Source: Moniliella sp. 'wahieum' (Eukaryota). From it: a stretch of DNA of 57,170 nucleotides. Shown here piece by piece: positions 55,180 to 57,170 of this stretch. The notes beneath the pieces were generated by a model. The model did no database searches. It had not been told where the DNA came from and was given only the letters and a program-made list of their open reading frames with translations. The DNA lies in the NCBI GenBank assembly GCA_003971905.1, contig RSEE01000012.1, positions 930,001-987,170 on the forward strand. Direction: 5' to 3'. Both the position numbers and the translations under genes were made by a program. The first letter of the stretch is position 1; every line of letters begins with the position of its first letter.

Positions 55180-55488
55180 TCAGATGAACCACACGCGCTT
55201 GTCCGGGACCATCCAACGCGGCAGCCGCTGCTGCCACTCCCATTCGCTCCGACCCCTTCGCCACGATGTCTTTTGTGCTGCATTCAACTTGCTCGGGGGG
55301 TACCCCTTTCTTGCGAGCAATCGCCCTGATCGCGAATCAATCACGTCCTGGCATTGGTCGCGTCGGTGACCGGGGATACGGCACAGGCCACACTTTCTTG
55401 CCCCAGTCGCCGCTTGTGGCAGACCGCTGCCGTATGCCCGAAGCGGGAGCACCACTCGCCTTGTCGAGGGCGCATCGTCGTCGTACAA
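55180..55488 (-). other. Short ORF with a CCHC zinc knuckle, probably a transposon-derived fragment
   Basis: RKCGLCRIPGHRRDQC fits CX2CX4HX4C. Confidence 0.5.
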
Positions 55489-56334
55489 ACATTCTTGCCC
55501 CGCCGTAGTCGCCTAGCCCGTTCCCTAGGCTGTGGTTTCGCAACGCAGTCGAAGGGACAAGCGCATCCCACAAGGCACATCATACCTTCACTTGATAGTT
55601 AGCGATGAGCGAGCGAGGCAATGGTGGGGACTACTGGACACTCCAAGCAGGGCATGCGTCAGCCGATGAGTGAGCTGACGTTCGGCATGTCGTTGTGCTC
55701 CTCGGCTTAGGCGCTTCGCCGGCACACAAAGGGCAATTGGAAGGGAAGACTGGGTTGTGGGAGGATGCGAGTGGCCAAGAGAAATGAGCACCGGTTGGGA
55801 CGAATCGAACATGGCTCTGCGCCCCCGATGCCGTGCATGGCCCCGCATTGGTCATGCTGCGGACTCAGGCGACAGAGTTAACACTCATGCTGAAGGTGGT
55901 GGTGGTCAGGGCGATGCCTTGGCATACGTGTGGTGTGGTGGTGGTGGTGGTGGGGTGGTGGTGGTGGTGGTGGTGAGAGGATAGGGGGCAGGCCCGAAAA
56001 CCAGCACAGTTCACTGGCAATCGCGGCACTAGGGTTGCGACTCCGCAGCAACAGAATGAACTAGGGTTAATTATAATTCCAAGCCGCGCTTCAAGGGTGT
56101 CCACGCTATAGGGTGAACAGTGCCGAGGGAAGCACGATGCTGCAACCGTACGCAAAACTGTATATATATGGGCTCTATAGGTTACGGAGGGGGAGCGGTG
56201 GGTAGGTGCAGCGTCTATATAAGCTCTATATGGTGAAGTGTGTAGTACTGACTGGGCGATACTGTGGTTAACTTCGCAGATCGGACGGGATGCGGTGCTT
56301 TCACAGTTCTATGGCCGCGGATGCCTGTTGAGTT

Positions 56335-56635
56335 TGGAGGGGGGGGTATGGGGGGGAGGGTGTATTGAGGGGGGGAACCCTACTGGGGGCTAGCCCAGTA
56401 GGAGAGGACAAGGGAGGGGGGAGAATACACCAAGGGGCAACCCTGGGGGGACACAGGGGAGGAGGGAGGGAGAATACACAACGGGCAACCCTACTGGGGG
56501 CAGACCCCAGGGGGAGAGGCTACAGGGGAACCCTACTGGGGGCAGACCCCAGGGGAGAGAGTACAGGGGAGGAGGGAGGGAGAATACACTAAGGAGAACC
56601 CTAGGGGGGGCCCTAGGGAGACCCGAGGGGGATAC
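56335..56635 (+). repeat. G-rich complex minisatellite with AACCCTA motifs and short hairpins
   Basis: Repeated blocks AACCCTACTGGGGGC (x3), GGGAGAATACAC (x3) and CTGGGGGCAGACCCCAG (x2). Confidence 0.88.
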
Positions 56636-57170
56636 TCGCCGCAGTGGAGCGAGCTGGTGAGTAGGGTTTCGGGGTGCTCGGAGCTGGGTAAACAGCACTG
56701 AAAAACGGGAGGAGTAAAAGGGTATGGCTCAAACCTGATAGAGCGTCCGGCGCCGCTCACGCAGTCTTCCCTCTTTTCTTTCCCTCTTTTCGTTCTTTCT
56801 TGCGCGCAGGCGCGCTATTTTTCTGTATTTTTCTAGGGTTCGTACTTGGACATGGACCCCCTCCCGAGGGAGGGGGGGAACAGAGGTGCCGAGATGGGCT
56901 TCAGCCGATCGTGGGAACAAGCCCACTCTACGGCGTACGGCGCTCGGACCATGCCTCGTCTGCGGGGGATTGAAAGTGTGCATAACATGTATTTGTGGGG
57001 CGTGTGGTGGGGCGTCGCCCCGCCACAGAGACCCCCCAGTGGTGTACGGCTTGCGCCTATTGGTACCCAGTCCAGCGCACATGCGAGCGTCTAGCACGAG
57101 TTCCACCTTAGAGGCGTTCAGGTGTTACTCGGCGGGCGCGGCTGCGCACCTCTGCCCGGTCGGACAGGTG

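Noticed and set aside
56335..56635. CRISPR-like repeat-spacer pattern
   Set aside because: The spacers are themselves repeats, the context is eukaryotic and there are no cas genes.
56729..57106. 125-aa basic ORF at the window end
   Set aside because: The Lys/Arg run comes from a purine tract and no domain is recognisable.

Overview
GC-rich, intron-poor fungal DNA, most likely a basidiomycete (GTACGT/GTGAGT..CTGAC/CTAAC..YAG introns, a Zn2Cys6 factor, muskelin). The first ~36 kb holds ordinary genes: ARB1/ABCF2, a divergent SEC3-like gene, a Zn2Cys6 transcription factor, a TDA3-like oxidoreductase, RAD16, TPI1, muskelin, a membrane P-loop ATPase, SNU13, an SFT2-like gene and an inositol polyphosphate kinase. 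Almost all carry single-base frameshifts, often in short homopolymers, which points to unpolished long-read errors. From ~36.6 kb to the end there are no recognisable host genes. This part is a nested, mostly head-to-tail array of CRE/Cnl1/MoTeR-like non-LTR reverse-transcriptase copies at different stages of decay, ending in a G-rich hairpin minisatellite with telomere-like AACCCTA motifs. The most unusual signal is that the RT repeat units show no recognisable restriction-like endonuclease domain and instead carry conserved spliceosomal-intron-like elements on the RT sense strand. Several intergenic heptamer tandem repeats built from palindromes are also notable. All calls come from reading the sequence by eye; no searches were run.
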